From Dehalococcoidia bacterium (GTDB taxonomy: Bacteria > Chloroflexota > Dehalococcoidia > Bin125): a stretch of 64,000 nucleotides of DNA. The stretch covers positions 53,762 through 117,761 of the forward strand of contig CAXXNO010000001.1 in NCBI GenBank assembly GCA_963663235.2, read 5' to 3'. Positions 9,780 to 19,135 of the stretch are shown here, piece by piece. Both the position numbers and the translations under genes were made by a program. The notes below the pieces were generated by a model. The model ran no database searches and had not been told where the DNA came from. It worked only from the letters and a program-made list of their open reading frames with translations. The number at the start of each line of letters is the position of its first letter. Position 1 is the stretch's first letter.

Positions 9780-10946
9780 CTAGGGCAAGGAGCGGCACGG
9801 CTGGTTCATGGGGACGTACTTGGGCCGGTAGATCGCCACACCCTTGCGATTCCGGAAGCTGAGCCGCTCATCCACGATCTGGGCGCCGATCCCGGCGATC
9901 CGCGCCCAACCGAAGAACGTGGTGTAGTACTCCGGGTCGTGGAAGCCCACGGCGTTCAGCAGGCTCCCGGACACCAGGTCCACGTTGGCGTAGGGGTCGG
10001 CTATTTTCGGGTTCTCGTGCAGGATCGGGGGCACGACCTTGCGCAGCGCCTTGACGATGCGGAACTCGGGGTTATCCGGCGCGATCTCTTCCCCGACGGC
10101 AATCTGCACCTGCGCCCGCGGGTCCTCTTTGCGCAGCACGGCGTGTCCGAAGCCGAAGATCAGCCCGCCCGACGCGATCCGCTCCCGCACCCAGCGCTCC
10201 ACCTCGGCTTCGTCGGACGTGTTGACCTCCCGCACGAACTCCAGGCAGTCCTGGTTGGCCCGTCCGTGCCGCGGCCCGGCGAGGCCGTTCATCGCCGACA
10301 CCATCGACTGATACGTGTCGGCCAGCCCGGACGCCACCGCTTTCCCCACGAACGTGGACAGGTTGCCGCCGCCGTGGTCCATGTGCAGCACGTAGAAGAC
10401 GCGCAGGAGGCGCGTGAGCTTCTCGGGGTCCGCCCCCGGCATCCCCAGCATGTGCACGAAGTTCTCGACGTAGCCCAGCGCGGGATCCATCGCGATCGGA
10501 TCGCCCCACTCTTCCCGCAGCCGGTAGATCGCCGCCAGCACGGCCGGGATCCGCGCCACGAGGTTGAGCGCGTCTTCCCGGTAGTCCCCCGTCTTCCCCG
10601 TCATCCCCAGGAGATGGATCCCGATGGCCAGCATCTCCATGGGGTGGCCGCTGCGCGGCAGCGATCGCAGCACCTCGAACACCGGCGCGCCGACCGTCGA
10701 GCGATCTTGCAGCTCACGGCGGAACGCGGCGGCCTCCGCCTCGCTCGGCAGCGCCTTGTTGTAGAGCAGGTAGATCACCGACTCCGGCGGGAGGTGGGCG
10801 ATCTCCGCGATCGGGTAGCCCACGTACGACACCCCGACCTCCGGGTCGACCCCGCTGGTCCAGCACGTGCCGACCGGGTAGCCCCGCAGGCCGGTGTCCA
10901 GTTGCTTTGGGGTGATGTGGAAGTCGGCTGCCGGCGGGTCACTCAT
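9780..10946 (-). CDS. gltA: Citrate synthase
   Basis: LHMDHGGGNLS, GPRHGRAN, FGFGHAVLRKEDPR and NVDLVSG motifs. Confidence 0.93.
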   Translation of the reverse strand: MSDPPAADFHITPKQLDTGLRGYPVGTCWTSGVDPEVGVSYVGYPIAEIAHLPPESVIYLLYNKALPSEAEAAAFRRELQDRSTVGAPVFEVLRSLPRSGHPMEMLAIGIHLLGMTGKTGDYREDALNLVARIPAVLAAIYRLREEWGDPIAMDPALGYVENFVHMLGMPGADPEKLTRLLRVFYVLHMDHGGGNLSTFVGKAVASGLADTYQSMVSAMNGLAGPRHGRANQDCLEFVREVNTSDEAEVERWVRERIASGGLIFGFGHAVLRKEDPRAQVQIAVGEEIAPDNPEFRIVKALRKVVPPILHENPKIADPYANVDLVSGSLLNAVGFHDPEYYTTFFGWARIAGIGAQIVDERLSFRNRKGVAIYRPKYVPMNQPCRSLP

Positions 10947-10994
10947 ACGCTTGCTGTACCTCGTCCCTGCGCCGCGCGCTCCGCGACGGGAGGA

Positions 10995-11825
10995 TTAGTC
11001 GGCCACCGATTCCACCCGGAAGCGCAGCACGCCGGAAGGCGCCGTGACTTCCACTTCGTCGCCCGCGCCGCTCCCCATAAACGCCCGTCCAACCGGGCTC
11101 GCCACCGAGATCTTGCCCGCTGTGGCGTTGGCCTCGTTTTGGCCGACGAGAGTGTACTCAACGGTCCTACCCGAGACAAGATTGGTCGCGGTCACGCTGC
11201 TCCCCATGTGCACCCGCCCGCTCACCTCGCTCCCGTGCTGCTCGAAGATGACCGCCCGGTTGATCTGCTGCTCCAGGTTCCGGATCCGCGCCTCTAGATG
11301 CGCCTGCGTGTCGCGCGCCGCGTCGAGCGGTGCGTTCTCGCGAAAATCCTTGTCGGCCATCGCCAGCTTGAGCGCCTCGGCGATCTCCGGCCGCTGCGCC
11401 CGCAACTGCTCCAAGTCCTCCTTCGCGGCGATCAGCCCCTCCGGCGTCATGCCCGCCGCTTCGTCGCGCGACGGCGCAGCGGAAGTCGCGATGGCGGAGC
11501 CAGCGCCGTCGCGCCGCGCGCGCGACACCTTCCTGACCCGCAGGTGCACGCCGAGGTTGGTCGCGGTCCACGTCTTCTTCTTCGCGTAGGCGAAGAACGC
11601 CTTCACCGGCAGGATGCGGTCGACGACCCCCACGCCTGTACCCAACGCCTCCTGATACTGCGTCAGTTCGTGCCCGGTGACGCTGCTGAGCACGCGGCCT
11701 CCCCCATACCAGGAAACGAAACGATGGATCTCCACCCGCCCGCGCTGGTCGATGGCCTTCGCCTCGGCGTCGAGGTAGGCGGTCGCCGCAGCCTCGAGTG
11801 TTAAGCCCTCATCACTCTCCGCCAC
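10995..11825 (-). CDS. greA: Transcription elongation factor GreA with N-terminal extra domain
   Basis: C-terminal Gre fold with RPEI..DFRENA..ISVASPVGRA; GTG 11825 follows GAGGGGAG. Confidence 0.88.
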   Translation of the reverse strand: MAESDEGLTLEAAATAYLDAEAKAIDQRGRVEIHRFVSWYGGGRVLSSVTGHELTQYQEALGTGVGVVDRILPVKAFFAYAKKKTWTATNLGVHLRVRKVSRARRDGAGSAIATSAAPSRDEAAGMTPEGLIAAKEDLEQLRAQRPEIAEALKLAMADKDFRENAPLDAARDTQAHLEARIRNLEQQINRAVIFEQHGSEVSGRVHMGSSVTATNLVSGRTVEYTLVGQNEANATAGKISVASPVGRAFMGSGAGDEVEVTAPSGVLRFRVESVAD

Positions 11826-11948
11826 GTCCGCTCCCCTCGTCCGCCGGCTGATCTCGCACTCTGCATTATCCATCGTATGGGCGAGGCGGATCGCGGTTCA
11901 AACGCACCCTTGCCCGCCAGCGCCTCAGCGCCCCACCATGGACCCAAC

Positions 11949-12722
11949 ATGGCCCGCTCTCCCGATTCCACCCCATTCGATTCCATCGCGTTGCCCGCGG
12001 TCAACGCGGCGCTGGCTGCCGCCGGTTTCGATCTGCCGGGGGAGCAGCAGCGCCGCCTCGCGGCCTTTCTCGATGGCCTCCTCCAGGCCAACGTCCGCCT
12101 CAACCTCACGCGCATCACCGACCCGGCCGACGCCATTGTGCGCCACGTGATCGAGCCGCTCGCCGGCTGGCTCCTCCTCCGGGACCGCCTGCCTTCCGGC
12201 GCCGTCCTGGACGTGGGCAGCGGCGGCGGCGCTCCCGGCCTGCCGGTGGCCATCGTCCAGCCGGACCGGACGATCCTGCTGATCGAGACGCGGGAGCGCA
12301 AGGCCCATTATCTGGAAGAGCAAGCCCGCGCCCTGGGCCTGACCAACGTCCGCGTCCTGTGCGACCGCGCCGAGCGCGTCGGCCGCGGCCCTGCCCGCGA
12401 GTCGGGCGCCGCCGCCCTGACGCGCGCCCTGGCCCCGCTCCCCGAAGCGCTGGAGATCCTTCTGCCCCTGGTCGCGGTCGATGGGGTCGCCGCCGTGTTC
12501 TCCGGCCCGGGCCTCCCCGCGCAACTCGACGCCGGCCGCGGCGTCGCGACGCTCCTCGGCGGCGCTCCGCCCGAGACGCAGCGGGTCGACTGGCCCACCG
12601 GCGACCGCACGGTCCTGCTCGCCACGGTCCGCAAGGTCGCCCCCACGCCGGAGCGCTTTCCCCGCGGCACTCGCGCGATGCGCCGCGGCCCCCCTCAGGC
12701 GACCACCTCGCGCGCCCGGTAG
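11949..12722 (+). CDS. rsmG: 16S rRNA (guanine(527)-N7)-methyltransferase
   Basis: NLTRI, RH, LDVGSGGGAPGLP, RAE, TRALA and PTPERFPR motifs. Confidence 0.9.
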   Translation: MARSPDSTPFDSIALPAVNAALAAAGFDLPGEQQRRLAAFLDGLLQANVRLNLTRITDPADAIVRHVIEPLAGWLLLRDRLPSGAVLDVGSGGGAPGLPVAIVQPDRTILLIETRERKAHYLEEQARALGLTNVRVLCDRAERVGRGPARESGAAALTRALAPLPEALEILLPLVAVDGVAAVFSGPGLPAQLDAGRGVATLLGGAPPETQRVDWPTGDRTVLLATVRKVAPTPERFPRGTRAMRRGPPQATTSRAR

Positions 12723-13909
12723 TCGGCGATCGCCGCCTCATCCATGCCGATCGACGCCAGAATCGCGTCGGTGTCCTGCCCCGGGTAGGGGGCGGTATGC
12801 CGGATCGCCCCCGGCGTGGCGGAGAGTTTCGGTCCCACGCCCACTTGCTTGACCGGCCCCACCCCCGGCGCCTCCAGCTCCACCACCATCCGCCGGTGCA
12901 GGTTGTGCGGGTCCCCGAACGCCTCCGCCAGTGTGTAGACCGGTGCGACGCAGATGTCCTCGTCGAACAAGAGGCGGAACCATTCATCGCGCGTCTTCGT
13001 TTTGAACGCCGCGGTGAACGCCTCCGCCAGCTCCCGTTTCGTCGCTTCGTCGTCCGTGTACTGGTGTTCGGTGAGATCGTCCCGGCCCAGCACCTTGCAC
13101 AGACTGGCGAAGAACCACGGCTCCACGGAGCCGATGCTGATCCACTTCCCGTCCGCCGTCTCGTAGACGTTGTAGTAGGGCCATCCGCCGTTGAGCCGGT
13201 GCGTCTCCGGCGCCATGACATCCCCGTCCGCGAAGGAGGCGGCCGCCAGCCCCGTCAGCAACGACATCACCCCGTCCGACATCGCCACATCGACGGATTG
13301 CCCCCGCCCCGTCTGCGCCCGCGCCAGCAGCGCCACGCAGATGCTGAACGCGGCCATCAACCCCCCACCCGCGTAGTCCGCGATGATGTTCACGGGGATC
13401 GCCGGCGGCGTCCCCTTGCGGCCGATCATGCCCAGCGCGCCGGCCATGCTGATGTAGTTGATGTCGTGCCCTACCAGTTGGGCGTAGGGACCGTCCTGCC
13501 CGTAGCCGCTCAGCGAGCAGTAGACCAGCCGCGGGTTCCGCGCCGCCAGCGTCCCGTAGTCCACGCCCAGCCGCTGCGTCACGCCGGGCCGGTAGCCCTC
13601 CAGCACCACGTCGGCGTCGGCGGCGAGCCGGTAGAAGATCGCCCGTCCCTCTTCCGTCTTGAGGTTCAGGCGCAGGGAGCGCTTGTTGCGACCGAAGACG
13701 TTGTAGGCCGTGCGGCGGCGTCCCTCGGGGGTCTCGTTGTCGCCCCGCATGTCGGGCCGCTGCCGGCCGGCCCGTCGGCCGCGGGGCGCGCCCGCCTCCT
13801 CCACCAAGATCACGTCGGCCCCCATGTCGCCCAGCAACATCGAGCAGTACGGGCCCGGCGCGAGCCGCGACAGGTCCAGCACCGTGATCCCCTCCAACGC
13901 CGCCTCCAT
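12695..13909 (-). CDS. CaiB/BaiF class III CoA-transferase
   Basis: LDLSRLAPGPY, RNKRS, EGYRPGV, GHDINY and DYAGGG motifs. Confidence 0.93.
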   Translation of the reverse strand: MEAALEGITVLDLSRLAPGPYCSMLLGDMGADVILVEEAGAPRGRRAGRQRPDMRGDNETPEGRRRTAYNVFGRNKRSLRLNLKTEEGRAIFYRLAADADVVLEGYRPGVTQRLGVDYGTLAARNPRLVYCSLSGYGQDGPYAQLVGHDINYISMAGALGMIGRKGTPPAIPVNIIADYAGGGLMAAFSICVALLARAQTGRGQSVDVAMSDGVMSLLTGLAAASFADGDVMAPETHRLNGGWPYYNVYETADGKWISIGSVEPWFFASLCKVLGRDDLTEHQYTDDEATKRELAEAFTAAFKTKTRDEWFRLLFDEDICVAPVYTLAEAFGDPHNLHRRMVVELEAPGVGPVKQVGVGPKLSATPGAIRHTAPYPGQDTDAILASIGMDEAAIADYRAREVVA

Positions 13910-13938
13910 TGTCGCTTCCCTTCTCTCTCGACTCGCCG

Positions 13939-15162
13939 TCAGGCCACGATCTCGCGCGCGCGGTAGTCGGCGATGGTGGCCTCGTCGATCCCATGCTCCC
14001 GCAAGATCGCATCGGTCTGCTCCCCAGGGTACGGGGCGCTGTGACGGATCTCGCCCGGTGTCTCCGAGAACTTGGGGGCGATCCCGATCTGTTTCACCGG
14101 CCCCACGCCCGCCGCCTCCACGTCCACCACCATCCGCCGGTGCAGGTTGTGTGGATCGGCCGACGCCTCCGCCAGCGTGTACACCGGCGCGACGCAGACA
14201 TCGAGAGCGGCGAGATCACGGAACCACTCGTCGCGGGTCTTGCGCTTGAACGATGCACGCAGGAACTCGGCGATCTCCCGGCGTTTGGCCGGATCGTCGC
14301 TCCACTGGTGCTCGGCCAGCTCTTCGCGGCCCAGCTCGCGGCACAGATCGGCGAAGAACCACGGCTCGTTGGCGCCGATGCTGAGCCACTTGCCGTCGGC
14401 CGTCTCGTAAACGTCGTAGTTGGGCACGCCGCCGTTGAAGCGGCTCGTCTCCGGCGCCAGGTTCTCGCCCGTGTTGAAGTGGGTGCCCGCCAGCCCGGAC
14501 AGCAGCGACATCACGCCGTCCGACATGGCCGTGTCGATGTACTGCCCCTGTCCCGTCCGCTCCCGCGCCAGCAGCGCCACGCAGATGCTGAACGCGGCCA
14601 TCAGCCCCCCGCCCGCGTAGTCCGCGATGGTGTTCATCGGGATCGCCGGCGGCGTCCCCTTGCGGCCGATCATCCCCAGCGCCCCGGCGATGCTGATGTA
14701 GTTGACGTCGTGCCCCACCAGTTGGGCGTAGGGACCGTCCTGCCCGTAGCCGCTCAGCGAGCAGTAGACCAACCGTGGATTCCGCGCCGCCAGCGTCTGG
14801 TAGTCCACGCCCAGCCGCTGCGTCACGCCGGGCCGGTAGCCCTCCAGCACGACGTCCGCCGCGTCGGAGAGCCGGTAGAAGATCGCCCGTCCTTCTTCCG
14901 TCTTCAGGTTGAGGCGGATCGAGCGCTTGTTCCGTCCCAGCGCGTAGGCCGCCGCCCGCCGACGCCCCTCGGGGCTGGCGTCGCCCCGCAGGGAGACGGT
15001 GGGCGTCTTGTGCACCTGGCCGCTGCGGCGCCCCGCCGCCAACCCCGCCTCCTCCACCATGATCACGTCGGCGCCCATGTCCGCCAGGAGCATGGAGCCG
15101 TAGGGACCGGGCGTGAGCCGTGATAAGTCGACGATCTTGATGGCCTCCAGCGCCAGCGTCAC
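13939..15162 (-). CDS. CaiB/BaiF class III CoA-transferase (tandem paralog)
   Basis: Same motifs and long identical stretches with the neighbouring gene; GTG 15162 follows GAGGAG. Confidence 0.92.
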   Translation of the reverse strand: MTLALEAIKIVDLSRLTPGPYGSMLLADMGADVIMVEEAGLAAGRRSGQVHKTPTVSLRGDASPEGRRRAAAYALGRNKRSIRLNLKTEEGRAIFYRLSDAADVVLEGYRPGVTQRLGVDYQTLAARNPRLVYCSLSGYGQDGPYAQLVGHDVNYISIAGALGMIGRKGTPPAIPMNTIADYAGGGLMAAFSICVALLARERTGQGQYIDTAMSDGVMSLLSGLAGTHFNTGENLAPETSRFNGGVPNYDVYETADGKWLSIGANEPWFFADLCRELGREELAEHQWSDDPAKRREIAEFLRASFKRKTRDEWFRDLAALDVCVAPVYTLAEASADPHNLHRRMVVDVEAAGVGPVKQIGIAPKFSETPGEIRHSAPYPGEQTDAILREHGIDEATIADYRAREIVA

Positions 15163-15320
15163 GGCATCGACTCCTCTTCGCGGATCCCGCGATCGCGCGG
15201 GCCGATCGGCATGATCGAGAGCGGCTGGCCCGGCGTCAAGGCTGCGCCTCCTGCGGCGGGCTGATCCGGGCATTGCCGCCGCCGAACCGCCTTGCCTACG
15301 ATGACGGAGTTGAATCTCGT

Positions 15321-15396
15321 GGGGCTGTAGCTCAATTGGGAGAGCGTTTGACTGGCAGTCAAAAGGTAGGGGGTTCGAATCCCCCCAGCTCCACCA
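15321..15396 (+). tRNA. tRNA-Ala (GGC)
   Basis: GGGGCTG/CAGCTCC acceptor stem with G3:U70, anticodon arm TTTGA-CTGGCAG-TCAAA, TTCGAAT T-loop, encoded CCA. Confidence 0.97.
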
Positions 15397-15520
15397 GCCG
15401 CTCAATCGCGTCCACTGTTCCCACGCACCGAGCAGGCAGCGAACTCCCCACACAGGGGTCCCCGTCGCCCCCGCCCGCTCCGCGGCCGACGGGAAGCGGC
15501 TTGGCTGCCGCCCGTTTGGG

Positions 15521-17743
15521 TTAGGTGGGGACCTCGATCTCCAACCCCGTGTTCGTGACGATCCAGAGCACCACTCCTTGGCTGAGCGCGAAGTTGGTCA
15601 CCCCCAACGCCGGGATGAACGAGATCCAGCTGACGGCGGCCGGGTCGAACAGCCAGGCGATCTTGACGGCGCCGAACACGTCCGCCGCCAGCGCCGGCCC
15701 GAACGCCCAGAAGACGAACTGCCCGCCCGCCACCAAGGACAGCGTCTCGCCTCCGCCGATGGGAGGCTGCTCCTCCGGGGGCGGCTCCTCCTCCGAGGGC
15801 GCGTCCACGTCGATGCTGGCCGTTGCCGTGTTGTTGCTCGGGTCGATGTCTTCGTTCGCCGCGGTCGCGGTCGCCGTGACCGTGACTGTCCCCGCTTCGA
15901 GAGGCCGCACCGTCACGACTGCCTGCGCCGACGCGCCGGCCGCGAGATCCCCGAACTCACAGCGCACTTCCCCGTCCGCCACCTCGCAGCCCGGCGACAC
16001 GGACTCGAACTCGACCTGATCCGACAGCGTGATCGTCACCATCACGCCCGCCGCATCGTCGGGGCCGTTGTTGGTCACCTCGACCTGGAATTGCACCGCC
16101 GGCACCAGGCCCGCGGACACTAACGCCGTTGGTGGCGCTGATTGATTGGCCACGCTAATGATCACGATGAGGTCGATCAGGCTGCGCTCGAAGGCGCCGA
16201 TGTCACAGAAGGCCGCGGGCCGCGCGACGCCACGCTGGTCCTGAGGCAAGCAGAAGGATGCCGCCGCGGCGTTGATCGCCGGGCTGGCCGGGTCCAAGGC
16301 GTGGGTAAAGGTGGGGCCGCCGTTGCCCTGAAGCGATCCCAAGATCGGATTCACCCCGGAGAGCGACGCTCCGCAGCTCGTGTCGCCGTCCAGGTTGTTC
16401 CCCAGCACCGTTATCGTGCCAGAGCAGTCGCCCCCGGTGTTGTCGGCGACGATGGTGTTGGTCACGGTAACGGCGGTGGCGAGGGCCTCGCGGATGCCGC
16501 CGCCGCTGCCGCCGGCATTGTTGTTCGCGATCGTCAGGTGCGTGAGATCGGCCGTGCCGCTGCCGGCAAACAGCGCTCCGCCGTCGGCGGCGGCGCTGTT
16601 GCCGCTGAGCGTGCTGTTCTCCACCGTGGCGGCCCCGCTGTTGAAAATGCCGCCGCCGTCGTCCAGAGCGGTGTTGTCGCGGATTGTGGAATCGGTAATC
16701 GTGACGACGCCGAACGCGCCGATCCGGATTCCCCCGCCGTCGTCGGCTTCGTTGCCGCTCAGCGTGCTTCCCGTGATGGTGACCTCGCCGCCGATGACGT
16801 TGATCCCGCCGCCGTCGGCGGAGCCGGTGGCGACGTTGTCGTCCACCGTGCTGGTCGTGATCGTGAGCGTTCCATTCGTGGCGATGCCGCCGCCGCCGGT
16901 TGCGCCGCCGCCGGTATTCTCGCGGACGATCCCGTTGGTGATCGAGACGGTCCCGCCGCTGACGTTGTCGATGCCGCCGCCGTTCGTCGCGGCGGTGTTC
17001 GCGGTGACGATGCTCGCGCCGGCCACATTGCCGACGATTGTCAGGTCGCCGCCGCTGTTGAAGATGCCGCCGCCGGCGTCACCGCTGTTGCCGCGGACCG
17101 CCGTTCCGTCGAGCGTCAGGGCGCCGCTGCTCAGAATGCCGCCGCCGTCGTCATCGGCGACGTTGTCGCGGACCGTGCTGAGGGTGAGCGTGAGCGACCC
17201 TCCGCGGTTGATGATGCCGCCGCCGCTGAAGCCGGTATGGCCGTTCGTCATCGTCACGAACTCGATCTCCACAACCGCGGAGTCATCGATGTCGAAGATT
17301 CGGTCGAGGCCGCCCCCGTCGATGATCGTGGTGGGCATCGCCCGCAGGCCGCCGGCGGCCGTAATGGTCAGATCCGTGACCAGCGGATCGCCTTCGCCAA
17401 AGATCTCCAGATCGCCATGCACGACGGTGGCGGCTGTGTCCGGGTCGATCGTGGCGGGTGGAATGGTGAGGGTATGAGTGCCCTCCGGCAGGGTGAGCGT
17501 GTCGGGGCCGGCGAGCTCGTTCGCCTCCTGAATGGCCGCGCGCAACGTGCAGACGCCGGCCGCGTCGGCGCAGGTCCCATCACCGGGCGCCGCGTCCGGT
17601 GCGTCGGTGTAAGGCGGGCTGGCCACGGTGAAGGCCGCCGCCTGCAGCGGCTGGGGACTCCCCGCCACGATCGCGACGGCCAGCCCCAGCGCGACCAGCG
17701 CACTCCAGATGAAGGCGGATCGGTGTGACGCCCGTTGCAACAT
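15521..17743 (-). CDS. Secreted CSLREA / beta-helix / choice-of-anchor Q / DUF11 surface protein with a C-terminal ~75-aa domain
   Basis: Signal peptide, CTLRAAIQEAN, many N.A..GGGI repeats, NGGPTFTHAL..SPAINA..DQRG..CDIGAFE, and VTNNGPDDA..DPSNNTA. Confidence 0.88.
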   Translation of the reverse strand: MLQRASHRSAFIWSALVALGLAVAIVAGSPQPLQAAAFTVASPPYTDAPDAAPGDGTCADAAGVCTLRAAIQEANELAGPDTLTLPEGTHTLTIPPATIDPDTAATVVHGDLEIFGEGDPLVTDLTITAAGGLRAMPTTIIDGGGLDRIFDIDDSAVVEIEFVTMTNGHTGFSGGGIINRGGSLTLTLSTVRDNVADDDGGGILSSGALTLDGTAVRGNSGDAGGGIFNSGGDLTIVGNVAGASIVTANTAATNGGGIDNVSGGTVSITNGIVRENTGGGATGGGGIATNGTLTITTSTVDDNVATGSADGGGINVIGGEVTITGSTLSGNEADDGGGIRIGAFGVVTITDSTIRDNTALDDGGGIFNSGAATVENSTLSGNSAAADGGALFAGSGTADLTHLTIANNNAGGSGGGIREALATAVTVTNTIVADNTGGDCSGTITVLGNNLDGDTSCGASLSGVNPILGSLQGNGGPTFTHALDPASPAINAAAASFCLPQDQRGVARPAAFCDIGAFERSLIDLIVIISVANQSAPPTALVSAGLVPAVQFQVEVTNNGPDDAAGVMVTITLSDQVEFESVSPGCEVADGEVRCEFGDLAAGASAQAVVTVRPLEAGTVTVTATATAANEDIDPSNNTATASIDVDAPSEEEPPPEEQPPIGGGETLSLVAGGQFVFWAFGPALAADVFGAVKIAWLFDPAAVSWISFIPALGVTNFALSQGVVLWIVTNTGLEIEVPT

Positions 17744-17932
17744 GCGCTCTCGCCCCTTATCGCTGCCCCACGCGGCCGCGCCCCGGCCGGGGCGGCCCGT
17801 CTCGACGGGGAGAGGATACCGCAGCCTCACGCCGGGGAGCCGTGGCGCGAGATTTCGCCCGCCAGCCGTCACGTCCAGATCGTTCAGCGGTCCTATACAT
17901 GCGCGCGATTGAGCCGTTGCAGGAGTAACCCG

Positions 17933-18130
17933 ATGCGATCTGTGATGCTGACTTGCCTCATCAAGGCGCGAGATAAGCGCCAGCGCACGCTCCGCGAGGA
18001 AGAGGGCGCAGGAGCCCTGGAATCCGCCCTGGCCGCCGTGCTGACGACGGCCACCCTCGTCGCCGCCGTGGCGGCGTGGGTGGTGGACATCCCCGCCGCC
18101 GCGGAGGCCGCGCTCAACGCCGTGATCTAG
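17933..18130 (+). CDS. Flp/type IVb prepilin-like small protein
   Basis: AGGAG then ATG; basic leader, EEEG/AGALESAL, then a hydrophobic helix; 65 aa. Confidence 0.6.
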   Translation: MRSVMLTCLIKARDKRQRTLREEEGAGALESALAAVLTTATLVAAVAAWVVDIPAAAEAALNAVI

Positions 18131-18216
18131 TCCGCACGGGATAGAGTCCCGTCGGGCGTCAGCTCCTCATCCGGCCCGATCTGCCCGTCGGACACGCCGC
18201 TGCGCCCCGACGCCCC

Positions 18217-18945
18217 TTATGCGCCGGCTCGCTCTCGCTGCTGGCGTTCCCAATTCCTCTTGGTTGGGCGAGGCCGGCGGATCCTTCACGCGCAGGTCGT
18301 AGTAGAGCGGGACGTAGGGCTTGTAGATCTCGTAGGCCCGGCGCAACTCCGTCACGGCATCGTCGAGCACGTCGACCCGCAGGTCGATGAGCGCGTACGG
18401 CTCCCACTCGTGGACGATGAGCGCCGCCGACCGCTCGTTCAGGCGTCCTTGCCCGCCGGCCTCCCGCCCGGCCTCCACGGCGCGCATCAGCCGCTCCGCC
18501 AGATCCTCCTCCGGCGCGGCGCTGTACGCCTCGGCCATGGCTCGGACAACCGACTCGCCGGCCAGCACGTTCCCCATGGTCACGAAACCGTCGCCCACGA
18601 TGTGGCCGGCCCAGGGACGGGTCTTGAGGCCGCTATGGGCGGCGGACTCCCCATCGCGATCGACCACGCCGACCTGCCGGTAGTCGAAGTAGCTGTCGCT
18701 GGTCGCCAGCTCCTGGATGACCTTGGGGGCGGAAACCCCATCTCCAGCAGGCTCATCGCCGGAGGGAGGAGGCGTGGATCGGCGAAGGCCTGACTCGACA
18801 CCGCCCCCACGTTGGCCCGGACGGCGGGACAGTAGCCTCCCACGGCGAGCGAGTAGGTGGCGATGCCCACGCCCAGCTGGCGTGTCCGGGGGCAGCGCCC
18901 AAGGACCGTGAAGGTGTTGCGCTCCACTCCCATACGGAAGGTCAT
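18217..18945 (-). pseudogene. DUF1028 (Ntn-hydrolase-like) protein with two apparent single-base frameshifts
   Basis: N-half TFTVLGRCP..LGVGIAT..AVG..SQA in one frame; RQVGVVD..GNVL..LAERLMRAVEAG..GG..SAAL..DLRVD in another. Shifts lie near 18733 and 18252. Confidence 0.8.
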
Positions 18946-19135
18946 CCGGCTGTCCTCTCCATGCGCCGCTGTCTTGCGAACACGTGACCGCGGCCGTCCA
19001 AGCCCGGCCGCCGGGCAGTGTAACCGCCGCGACTCGTATCCCGCGCGTGGGCGATTCAAGGTGCGCCGCACGCAACCGCCGTATCGAAATGCCCGACGGG
19101 ACCACGGTCCGCGCTCCGCCTCCGCTTCGCGCGCC

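Noticed and set aside
12874-12885. CCAGCTCCACCA matching the 3' end of tRNA-Ala
   Set aside because: Only 12 bp and inside CoA-transferase codons (VVELE); no evidence for an att site.
16400-17350. Periodic GCCGCCGCC-rich repeats
   Set aside because: They encode GGGI beta-helix repeats of the surface protein; not CRISPR or a DNA-level array.
18725-18745. Programmed -1 frameshift in the DUF1028 gene
   Set aside because: No in-frame X XXY YYZ heptamer, and a second indel exists in the same gene; error or decay is simpler.
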